From contig CATNEN010000038.1 of the NCBI GenBank assembly GCA_950097015.1, positions 2,170,001 through 2,234,000 of the forward strand: a stretch of DNA of 64,000 bases, in the 5' to 3' direction. This stretch comes from Macrostomum hystrix (taxonomy: Eukaryota; Animalia; Platyhelminthes). Positions 48,607 to 59,727 of the stretch are shown piece after piece. The notes beneath the pieces were generated by a model. It did not search any database. It saw nothing but the letters and a program-made list of their open reading frames with translations, and was not told the DNA's origin. Position numbers and translations under genes: made by a program. Each line of letters starts with the position of its first letter. The first letter of the stretch is position 1.

Positions 48607-51600
48607 CTGCGCAGTCAGGAGAGCAATTGCTTCGCTCCCAGCAGCCGCTCCTGGGTGCAGCGAGCTGGCGTCGTACTCAACTATCTACCAGACGAGGAGG
48701 AAGACTTTGGCGATGTTGGAGACGACGGGGACGGTATTGGCGGCAGGAGTATTAACGAAGCGAGCTTTCCATCGCAGGCGGAAGTTGCTGCCGAAGGCTC
48801 TGAACCTGTTGACGACGGCTTCGACGAAGGCTCGCGTCGCGACTCTGACAAAGAGAACCTGCAGCAGGCCGCAGGCACAGGCGCTAATACCAACGCCTCG
48901 TCGGCAACCGACCTGCGCAGTAGTCACAATGGCGTTGGCAACGATGAAATTCCACTTGGCGGTTGTCCCGACAGAGCATTCGAAGACATCTTGGAGGAGA
49001 CGCTCAGCGGACGCAGAAAAGTTTCGGGTCCGCAACGTCAAAGACTGCCAGCGGCATCGGCAGCAGCGGCTGCGCCCTCCTCGGGAAAGCCGAAGTTTCG
49101 ATTCCTGAAACGAGGCGAAGGTATAAGCCGGTTTAACCAGGGCGGATTAACGCGCAAACCTAAAAAGCCTCAGAAGCGGAAAACCCAGCAGAATGCTGCA
49201 GGTGCATCTTCCACTGCGCCAGTTATGGCTTCTAAAACACCTCCAAAGGCGGCAGCAAACAAACAGATTGTACCTGATCCAGCACCCGTGAGAGCACAGA
49301 CTTCAGCAAATTTTATTGGTAATCAACAGCAGCAACAGCAGCAGCAGATGCTGCTGACCCAGTTAATTAATAGACAGCAACAGCAGCAGAAGACAGCTTT
49401 CTTTGAAGATCGCGACAACGGCGAGCCAGCTAGGGCGCCAACAGCTTGCTCCGATACGCGAGATGAACTGGAGGAATTCGAGCTGCTCGAAGCAGCCGCT
49501 GATAATTCTGTGGTGTCGCAGTTCTCGGCTCTGGCACTGCTGGATAAGGCCACAGTGAAGCGTCATGTGACTAGCAGACTTAGAGAGTCCGAGCAGCGTC
49601 GACTGCAGCAGCAGCCGCGACAGCAGCAGTTAATGCCACAGCAGGCCATGTACTCCGCTACTTTAGACGAGGATGACATCCCCAGCGTGTCGGACGATGA
49701 CGAAGAGCGTCTGGCGGACTCAATGCGAGAATTCAGCGGTCACAATTCCTCGTCGGCCGCTTCTCAAAGCGACTCCGGGCGAGCCTCCGCGCAGCAGCTG
49801 GCAACAGCTGGGCCGCTGGGCGCGCAGCGACGGGATTTTCACGACAGCGAAGAGTGGGGCGCCGGCGGAGTCGGTCTGCCACCGGCGGCCGCATCAGCCA
49901 CGATTGACAGCGAAGCGACCCCAACTTGCAGCTTGCTAGATCCACCTGCGTCGGCGGCTGTGCAAGCTGTCTATGGTAGGTCGAGGATTTTACCTTGTAG
50001 CATAGGCTGATTTCAACGGCTAGTTACTTTAACTTGAATCCCACTTCATGCTTTATCGCACAGCTGCCACCACATTGTAGGCGGAGGTCCATTGGCTTAT
50101 CAGACTGGGGTCATTAGCTCACTCGGTGCAATAGCAAACGCTTCTGGGCCAGGTGCGACAACTGCTGCTTCTGCTGCTGCTGCCGCGGCAGCTGAAGCGG
50201 CTAGTCTAATGATTTTTCCGCACGCTAAGACTGCCAAACAGACGGCCACAACGGCTCAGGACACTATCGTGGCCACGTCTGTGCTGCGAGAGAAACTACG
50301 AGAGTTAGAAGCCGAAATTGAACGATTCCAGGTCAGCTAATGTTTATTATGTGGGCGTGAGAAACTCGTTTCGTTTTAATCCAGGACCCGAAAATCAAAA
50401 GTCAACTGCGCGCTCTACAGACCATCAATAGTATTAGCAGTTGGACTCTTAGCAATGGCGCGTCATTAGCTTACAGTCGTACCCCCAGCCAGGGGGAGGC
50501 AGTTATGCTCATCTCGCTGACTTCCTCAACTTCCTTACTCTCTTATTGTCAGGCAGTGTACAGTCTCACTGTACCTTTTGGAATAGGCCTTAACGGCTTA
50601 AGATGGGCCCCGAAAGCCCCCAAGTTAATGAGGCCTCCCCGCGGAACCTTGATGCAAGAGGCAATCGCTTTCACCGCCTCCCCGCAGACCATAAACCCTC
50701 AGCTGGCCAAGCTGAAGCGGGAACTGGAGTCGGAGCGAGCCAGCCTCGCCGCCGAACGTCGCAAACTCGACGAGGAGCGCCGCTCGGCCGCTGAGGCTGC
50801 TCAGCGCGAGCGTGAGGCGGAGCAGCGCAAGTTGCGCAAGGAGCGCCGCCTGCTGGACGACTACGCCAAGGCGTTGAAGGCCGGCGCCGGTCGCGAGGGT
50901 CGAGAAGAGGTCGACCGGCTGCGCCAGGAGCTGACGGCGCTGCGTGATGAGTGCGCCCAGAAGGAGGCCCGCTGGTCGGCAAGTTTGGCTCGGCTGCGGG
51001 ATCGCGCCGAGGGCTTGGAGGCCGAGAAAGCCGAGCTGCGTCAGCGGGTTCAGACTCTAGAGAAGGAGCGGCTTCAACTTCGCAGTCAGCTGGCTTCCGG
51101 CGCCGGCGCCGCCCCGAAGACCTCAGCGACGCAGGCGAAAACATCGACTGCTCCGCCGCCGCCTCCTCCTCCGCCTCCGCCGCCTCAACAGCCTCAGGCG
51201 CCCCCACCGCCCCCGGTGGCACAGCCGAGTCAGCAGCTCAATGACAACAACGATGACATTCCGCTGACGGAGTCTCGACATCCGGACGGTCGAGTGGAGC
51301 AGGTCTGCTATCCTATTACATCGTCCCATTTAATTTATTCATTCTGATCCCCATTTCATTCTTTCATCCTGATCCCCATTTCATTCATTCTGATCCCATT
51401 TCATTCTTTCATTCTGATCCCTTTTTTATTCATTCTGATCCCCATTTCATTCATTCTGATCCCCATTTCATTCATTCTGATCCCCATTTCATTCATTCTG
51501 ATCCCCATTTAAATCATTCATTCTGATCCCTATTTCATTCTTTCATTCTGATCCCCATTTAAATCTTTCATTCTGATCCCTATTTCATTCTTTCATTCTG

Positions 51601-52968
51601 ATCCCTATTTAAGTCATCGAGATCCTCATTTTACTCTGATTACGGCCTAAGCCAAATTTATTCAGTAATCCCGTTTTTTCAGACTTTTTTCTTGATTTAC
51701 TTATTATCTATGATCCCTATTTTATTCCATTTCCCTTTACTTAGCATTTCTCACCCTACTCCACATTTCCAGGTGTTTCCAAGCGGCCGTCGCCGAGTCG
51801 TGTTCCCCAACGGCACTGTCAAGCTGGTGTCAGCCGACGGTGCCACCATAGCAACCAACTACTTCAACGGAGACGTGAAGACGGCCTACTCCAGCGGAGG
51901 CTCGGACAGTCGGGTGGTTTATCGCTACGCGGACACTGGCACGGTGCACACCACTTTTGCCGACGGTCGCCAACTGTTGGACTTTGTCAATGGCCAGTCC
52001 GAGACCGTATTCCCTGACGGCTCGAGGGAGATTCGCTTTCCAGACGGTGTGATCAAGTCTGTTAGCGCTGACGGCACCGAGGAGGTTCGTTGCCGCGTGG
52101 GACTGCTCGGGTTTCAAACGGCTGTTACCAAGCACAATAAGAGATAGGAGGCTGAATTCAAGATTGTCAGGCAATAGATAATACGCTGTTAGAAAGTAGG
52201 TCAAGAACTGTTAGACAGTAGTTTTTAGGACTGTTAGACTGTTAGACAGCAGATCAGGGGCTGTTAGACAGCAGATCAGAGGCTGTTAGACAGCAGATCA
52301 GAGGCTGTTAGACAGCTGATCAGAGGCTGTTAGACAGCAGATCAGAGGCTGTTAGACAGCAGATCAGAGGCTGTTAGACAGCTGATCAGAGGCTGTTAGA
52401 CAGCAGATCAGAGGCTGTTAGACAGCTGATCAGAGGCTGTTAGACAGCAGATCAGAGGCTGTTAGACAGCTGATCAGAGGCTGTTAGACAGCAGATCAGA
52501 GGCTGTTAGACAGCTGATCAGAGGCTGTTAGACAGCAGATCAGAGGCTGTTAGACAGCAGATCAGAGGCTGTTAGACAGCAGATCAGAGGCTGTTAGACA
52601 GCAGATCAGAGGCTGTTAGACAGCAGATCAGAGGCTGTTTGACAGCAGATCAGAGGCTGTTAGACAGCAGATCAGAGGCTGTTAGACAGCAGATCAGAGG
52701 CTGATCAATCCTGATTTCGTTGTTCCAGGTGTCGGCTTTTCCAGACGGCACCAGGCTGAGGCTGGTGAACGGCCCGGCGCCACTAAAGGAGATTTACTTT
52801 CGCAACGGCCAAAAGGAGGTGCACACGCCGCAGTATCGTTGCCGCGAATATCCCGACGGCACCAGGAAGACCATCTATCCGGACGGTCGGCAGGAGACTC
52901 GATATGCGTCCGGTCGGGTGCGAATCAAGGATCGAGAAGGTCGAGTGCTGATGGACAGAAAGCCTTAG
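48607..52968 (+). CDS. CENPJ: Centriole protein SAS-4/CPAP (CENPJ-like) with C-terminal TCP10/G-box domain
   Basis: Exons 48607-49975 (N-terminal [10 protein letters not shown] motif, [25 protein letters not shown]), 50081-50331 ([16 protein letters not shown]), 50688-51302 (coiled coil, Pro tract, HPDGRVEQ), 51773-52084 and 52729-52968 (repeated FPNG/YPDG beta-hairpins, [10 protein letters not shown]). No in-frame ATG at the 5' end. Confidence 0.9.
51335..51612. repeat. Degenerate TTCATTCTGATCCCCAT repeat in SAS-4 intron
   Basis: Direct inspection. Confidence 0.88.
52207..52703. repeat. 22-bp minisatellite (CTGTTAGACAGCAGATCAGAGG) in SAS-4 last intron
   Basis: Direct inspection; ends ~25 bp before the 52729 acceptor. 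Confidence 0.95.
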
Positions 52969-53547
52969 AGCTCCATTTAAATTCCCCCGTGGTTTTTCTA
53001 CTGTTCACTTGATCATTACAAAATATTAAGCAAAGCTACATTCTGTGACCAAGGTGATGATAGAATTAAGATTTTTGCACTCTGTCGAACAAAAGAATCG
53101 CTTCAATTAACTTCCCCCCCGTTGGCTATTATTGGCAGGATCCATTGTATTGATACAGACACAACTTACCTGTGCTCAACTACCTTTTTTGCTCTCCGTA
53201 TCTGGCTACTACTAGTAGTTTGTTGCATTGCCTTTGTCCCTCTTTTTTGAAATAGTTTGAAAACCGTCCTAAATTAATTTCTATTTTTATATTAATGATC
53301 TTTTTGGTGGAAACAGAAATCTTTTTTCTGTTTTCCAGTGAATTTCGAATTAGCTATCTAAAAAACATTTTGCTGTGTTTTCATTTTCTTGACTTTGTTG
53401 ATTTGGTTTCAAGGTGTATTATGTTTTTTATTATAAACAAATGGATTGGAAATTGATAAAATTGCTACTTTGTTGTTTTTTAGTTGAAGCAACTTGATTA
53501 CTAGGGCACGGGTAAGGGGCCGTTTAGATTTTAACGCAGTAGTTTTG

Positions 53548-54150
53548 TTTCTAAGAAGTACTTTATGTTTCTAAGAAGACCTAAATGTTTCTAAAAAGCA
53601 GCTTAGGTTTCTAAGAAGTTTTAAATGTTTCTAAGAAGTAGCTTAGGTCTCTAAGAAGTCCTAAATGTTTCTAAAAAGCAGCTTAGGTCTCTAAGAAGAC
53701 CTAAATGTTTCTAAGAAGTAGCTTAGGTTTCTAAGAAGTCCTAAATGTTTCTAAGAAGTAGCTTAGGTTTCTAAGAAGTAGCTTAGGTTTCTAAGAAGTA
53801 GCTTAGGTTTCTAAGAAGTCCTAATGTTTCTAAGAAGTAGCTTAGGTCTCTAAGAAGACCTAAATGTTTCTAAGAAGTAGCTTAGGTTTCTAAGAAGTAG
53901 CTTAGGTTTCTAAGAAGTCCTAAAGGTTTCTAAGAAGTCCTAAATGTTTCTAAAAAGCAGCTTAGGTTTCTAAGAAGACCTAAATGTTTCTCAGAAGCAG
54001 CTTAGGTTTCTAAGAAGTCCTAAATGTTTCTAGGAAGTACTTTCTGTTTCTTAGAAGTACTTTATGTTTATAAAAAAAATTTTTGGTTTCTAAAATGTAT
54101 TTTATGTTTCTAAGAATTCCTAAATGTTTCTAAGAATTAGTTTATGTTGT
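53548..54150. repeat. 20-bp AT-rich minisatellite (TTTCTAAGAAGTAGCTTAGG variants)
   Basis: Direct inspection. Confidence 0.92.
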
Positions 54151-54894
54151 AAGGAAGTAGCTTAGATTCATGGAAAGTATCTCGGCTTACACTTATTTAG
54201 CAACACTTGTCAAATAGGTTCAGTTCAGATTAAAATAATATTTTATTTTAATTTTTTACACCTCTACCAGATTTGTCTAACTTGTACGAGTACATTTTGC
54301 TTTTTAATTCATTCACAAGCGAATTGATCAAACCATGTTTGTTTGTGTGTATATACCATGATTTTATTATCATGTTTTGCACTTAAATGAAAAAATGGCT
54401 GGACCTTTTAGAATCTAGCCAATGACTGTCACGCTTACATTTATAAACCTCTATAATTATTTTACTCTTCATATTTACGTATTAGTATAGTTTTAGGTTA
54501 AATGTTTTAATTCCTTTAACTCCATTTATAATTTTTCAAGCTTGACTGCCAACCACAACAAGCTGAAATGATCCTTGTGTATTGACAACTGGACATTCCG
54601 GCCGAATAAAACTAAGTCTATTTTCTATTTTAATACATTTTTTGTCTGTTATTAGTGTTAAATATCAGTTATCATTCCTTAAAATTTTATAAATTTTTAC
54701 TTACACGTGCTTACAATTCCTTGAATAGCCTCTACTAGAGCATTTCTTGTTTGAAAAGTAATAACAATGGATTCCCTCCAAACTTTGTACATCGATTGGG
54801 TGCAGAGCGCTTAGCAGAACCTAATTCTGAGTTCAATTTATGCAGCTTACCGGTGCACTTAATGTGCACTTTTCTTGACACAAACCTCGAGAGA

Positions 54895-55100
54895 ATGTAC
54901 ATTCCACCAATATACATTTTGAGCGACCCACCTCCACCCCAAATGTACGAGTATATTGGTCTCGGAAATCCACCTCTACCCCTAGTGTACATTAGTCTCG
55001 CGGACTATCTCTACCCCTTATGTACATTGGTCTCTGGAACCCACCTCTACCCCTAATGTACATTAGTCTCGGGGGCAACCTCTAGCCCTATTGTACACTT
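54895..55100. repeat. Degenerate ~37-bp repeat (TGTACATT.GTCTC...CCTCTACCCC)
   Basis: Direct inspection. Confidence 0.7.
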
Positions 55101-55909
55101 CTCTCGCGGTACAACCATTACAACAGAAAAACTGCAAGATAACAAAAAAGTTAAGTGCAAATCGCTTGCTATCCAATTTGTGTCAAAGTCGTTTACAGAA
55201 CCCAGTGTGTCACAATTTCTGTGCTGAATTTTTATTACACAATAATTTTCTTTGTATATTTAGTATTTAGCTATTTTTCTATAGCTTTGTTTCTAGTTTT
55301 CACATTTCACAAGCAGTGCTTTTTAATTAGCTGTATATATACGAGTATATACTTTCTGGCAGTTATTACTTGCAGTTGCTGTGTGACTCAAGCACCCTGA
55401 TCTCGTATCGCAAGCTATTGTCGCCCTTCTATTTCATAATTAAAGGAAACGATTAATTAGTTTGATTATCAATTTCACCCTTTCCCTACCGCCTATCGTC
55501 TCCGTCCTTCTAATTAAAATATTTTCTTCTAAATTATAAATATCCGTGCGATTTTAAATGCAGCACCGGGGAACAATTAATTGTACAATAAACACCAACT
55601 GGAAGCCATTGGAACAGTTATCTGACTTTGCTTACCTTGTCCATTGGACCAGTGCGTGTTGATAAATGATTTTTTCTTTTTTTATGCAATCTAAATGCAC
55701 CATCTATGATTGGTAAATTATAAAATCCCTATGCCTCTCATTGATTTGATAATCCGAGGTATTTTAAACTATTGTTCTTGGAGTAAAATGAACAGATATG
55801 AGATATTCAAATTCTCTGGTTCCGTGTTGTCTACGGTTCAATTTTCAGCATTGTACATCCGACATGCACACATGGGTGCTTTAGATTCACAAACGAACAT
55901 GCGCACAGA

Positions 55910-56095
55910 ATGGGGTGGTTAAGGATTGGTCAGTTGATGTGTGTACATTGGGGTGGTTAAGGATTGGTCTGTTGATATTGTACATTGGGGTGGTTAAGGA
56001 TTGGTCAGTGGGTGTGTACATTGGGGTGGTTAAGGATTGGTCAGTGGATGTGTGTACATTGGGGTGGTTAAGTATTGGTCAGTGGATGTGTGTAC
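55910..56095. repeat. ~38-bp repeat (TGTACATTGGGGTGGTTAAGGATTGGTCAGTGGATGTG), ~5 copies
   Basis: Direct inspection. Confidence 0.9.
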
Positions 56096-56370
56096 CTGAT
56101 ACCACTTGATCCTCAATCAATTCAATCGATTTGTAATCACTTTTAATCGGTTTAAATAATTTGCTAAGATTGTTTTCCATGACCGGATCGATTTTGGTCA
56201 GAAATAGTCGAGAATTGGCTATAATACATGTTTTTGTGTCATCAGCTAAACAGAACAAAGCCAGTCAGTATGAGGTAACTACAAAATTATTTGTTAATTA
56301 CTCTACCTACGTGTGTCAATGATATGATATCGATCCATAAAAAATCGATGTTAAAAAATCAATCGATAGA

Positions 56371-57236
56371 CTAGGCGCAATTGATAGCTGCTTCCTCGAC
56401 GCCGGAGGATCCTGTTGAAATCACCGGGTACAGCTCCGCGGCCAGCTGCAGCGCCTCGCTGGCGCGGTAGCAGAGCAGCCGGCCGTCATTCACCAGGCGG
56501 CCTCTGGATTCACCTGAGCAGCTGCTGACGGTGCCGCAGGCGAACTGGAACACCAGCGACCCGGGCTCGTGGGGATTCGAGAAGTCCAGCTGGAAGGCAG
56601 GCGACTTTAGCTGTAGCAGCGTAATCCGAATCGACTGGCTACCACATTCGCTGGTCAATATCACGTACACCTCTACATAGCACTTATACCATTCCCTCAC
56701 AAAGCACTAATCCATTATTCACGCACAACTCACTAATCCATTCACTCTCATATCACTTATACCATTCCCTCACAGCACAAATTAATTCACTCACAACTCA
56801 CAATACATTCAGTGGTTGTCAATCATCTCTTCCTCAGCCGCAGCACGCTCACCTGCTTCGCCACGCAGCGGACATTGCTCCTAGGCGTCCCAGCCGGCGC
56901 CCATCGGCTGCAGTTGACCTTCGGCGGGCAGAGCAGCGACATCAGGGAGCTGGGCGAGCTGGCGTGCACGTACAGGCCGTGGCGGCAGTGCTCGTCCACT
57001 TCGAGCAGCGAGGCGGCCGCCGTGCGACGCCTCTGCTGACCTGCTGGCGCGAGTTTTACGCGACAAAAATGAACTGCACTATTTTGTTGATTTAAAAAAA
57101 TTTTAATTTTAATTGAGAAAATATTGCACAACTTACCACCCGGCCTGCCTGCCACCTCCAGCAGGGAGCAGCCCGCCATGATAGACAGAATCATCAGTGC
57201 CAGAGTCCGCAGCCTGAGCGACGCCATTCTAGCCAT
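56371..57236 (-). CDS. Unknown secreted cysteine-rich protein (~195 aa)
   Basis: Exons (minus): 57236-57137 (signal-peptide-like MARMASLRLRTLALMILSIMAGCSLL, G|GTAAGT donor), 57040-56853 (CAG|GTGAGC donor), ~56670-56371 (acceptor uncertain). GC-rich coding-like codon usage; about 9 Cys in the mature part; no family recognised. Confidence 0.65.
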
Positions 57237-58336
57237 GCAACTGAAACCAATTAGAGAGGCTTGTTGTCCAGCGGAAAGTTTCAATTGCTGCTCCTGGCCG
57301 GACCCACCAATATTTATAGGCCAAGCAGCAGACACAGTCGTCTTGTTTTCTTCTTTTGCATTTGCTGTTTTTCCGCACCGACCCGCGACCAACCAGCGAG
57401 CGAGCAGGTGTCGCCCTCCGCCGCTTCATGCTGATTTCATTTCCACATTCAGTAGGAAATCAGCCGCGAATCGAGTTCACTAGAAAAAAAGAGAGTAATT
57501 GTGCTATAGAAAATTCACTTTGAGTTAATGAGTCCAGATGCGGGCAGAAGTCATTTCCTTCTCAATTATCGTCTGCTTTCTGCTTCAAATGAGACTGCAA
57601 CAACCTTTGTTTGTCATCGCCTGAAACGAATAAGTTCGTCCCAGTTTTAAATAATTTTTAAATAATTAAATGAAATTATATTATTAAATAATAATAATAA
57701 GACTGCAGCTTCAGGTTGATTCCCCATCTATCCATATTTGACAGTCTGAAAACTGCTCATCATTTATTGAGCTAAAATCGAATCCAAAGAAAATTGAATT
57801 CCAGAAAGCAAATTACGAATATTTGATGCAAGTCAAGACTGCATTAGAGAATGATGAGCTCAGCATATCCAGGTGGGAAAATTATATTTCCTAATTTATT
57901 TAGATTCTGATCATCGCTTTGCCCTGAGAATGAACCCAGAATCACTACTTTCACTGCAAGCCGGTTTATCCTAAATTCCGTTTTGATAAAACTGTGTTTC
58001 AATGTAATTGCACAGCCAGAAAATCTATTTCAAGTGAAGTGTACATTTAATGCGTATTAAAACGACTTTTAGAAATCTTTCTTTGAAAGCCCGAGCGTAA
58101 ATATTTGCAAAATGACTTTGGACTTCATGCAAAAACACTTCCCTCTGCCTGTCTGCTATCTGCGAAGGCTTAAATACATGCTGTTTACCGCATGTCAGAC
58201 ACAAACTGTCTGCATTCCTGAGCTCCGTAAATAAATCTGGTCAATATTGTTGCATGACACCGACGCGTGACAAAGGAACATTGTGAACTTGGCACCGAAC
58301 AATCTAGAAAGCTGCGGCAACCGACTCCGCGACTCC

Positions 58337-58835
58337 GCATCTCACCTCTACACTCTGTACATCTCACCTCTACACTGTACATCTCACCTCTACACACTGT
58401 ACATCTCACCTCTACACTCCGTACATCTCACCTCTCCACTCTGTACATCTCACCCCTCCACTCTCCTCTCCACTCTGTACATCTCACCCCTCCACTCTCC
58501 TCTCCACTCTGTACATCTCACCCCTCCACTCTCCTCTCCACTCCGTACATCTCACCTCTCCACTCCGTACATCTCACCTTTCCACTCTGTACATCTCACC
58601 TTTCCACTCTGTACATCTCACCTCTCCACTCCGTACATCTCACCTCTCCTCTCCGTACATCTCACCTCTCCACTCCGTACATCTCACCTCTCCACTCCGT
58701 ACATCTCACCTTTCCACTCTGTACATCTCACCTCTCCACTCCGTACATCTCACCTCTCCTCTCCGTACATCTCACCTCTCCACTCTGTACATCTCACCTC
58801 TCCACTCCGTACATCTCACCTTTCTACTCTGTGCA
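58337..58835. repeat. 22-bp minisatellite (CTCCACTCCGTACATCTCACCT)
   Basis: Direct inspection. Confidence 0.93.
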
Positions 58836-58937
58836 TCTTTTCCTTTCAAAGCGTTTATCTGACCCCTCGATTCGAGTTAAATCTAAGCCTCCCAAAATTA
58901 AGAATAAAAAGAATAATGACTTTTTCACATTCCCTAA

Positions 58938-59190
58938 TTGGGTCAGACGTGCAGCCGACAGCACAGCCTCAGCTATTGAGGCTATTGAGGCGCATCTGAA
59001 GGCTGCGTACGGCTGTTCAGTCCATGGACATTTTGGACGCCACACCCATCCTCAATGATCCCAGCTAATTCTGGTTCCCATTTAACAGCTGGGTGAATTG
59101 AAGCAATGCAGAGTAAAATGTCTTGCTACGGCTCGTAAATAGTAAGGAATCAAACCCCCGACCTTCAAGCCGTGAGCCCTAATCAAAAGG
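58938..59190 (-). mobile_element. SINE family A copy
   Basis: Shares GCATCTGAAG.CTGCGTACGGCTGTTCAGTCCATGGAC, CCCATTTAACAGC, GGGTGAA.TGAAGCAATG and TGTCTTGCTA with 1213-1460 in the same orientation. Confidence 0.75.
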
Positions 59191-59727
59191 CCGCAACTCC
59201 TTGTACATCAGCCTTCAAGACATTGTAGATCGCACGTCGTTATGTAGATCTGTAGATCATGTACATCTCACATATTTCCGGTTCATCCTCGATGCACTTT
59301 AACCGGCTCAATATTTCAGATTTCTATAATTTACTTTTTGTAGATTCACTCAGGCAATATCCAAACACATTCGCCAGACGCACTTTAACAAAAACAACCA
59401 TGCCATGTTGAGCATTAATTCTTGCCTTTTTTAGTTTGAATTTAAAATTCTTATCAGCAAACTTGTCACGTGTCTCATTTGATGCTGATAATTCCTGGCT
59501 ATTCTCCAAATAGTCGAAATATGACACTTATTGTCTCAATTTCTATACATAGCAACTGATGTGTATTGAACAAAATTTTTTTGTTCTGAATTCTAAACTC
59601 TGAATTCTGAATTCTGAACGAGACGAAAAAGGTTTAAAATAATTGCTGCAAAAAAAACTGGCCAACTGACAAAGATATTATGCTTTGGACTAAAAGGTAA
59701 TTAAAATTCTGTTATTCAATTGAAACT

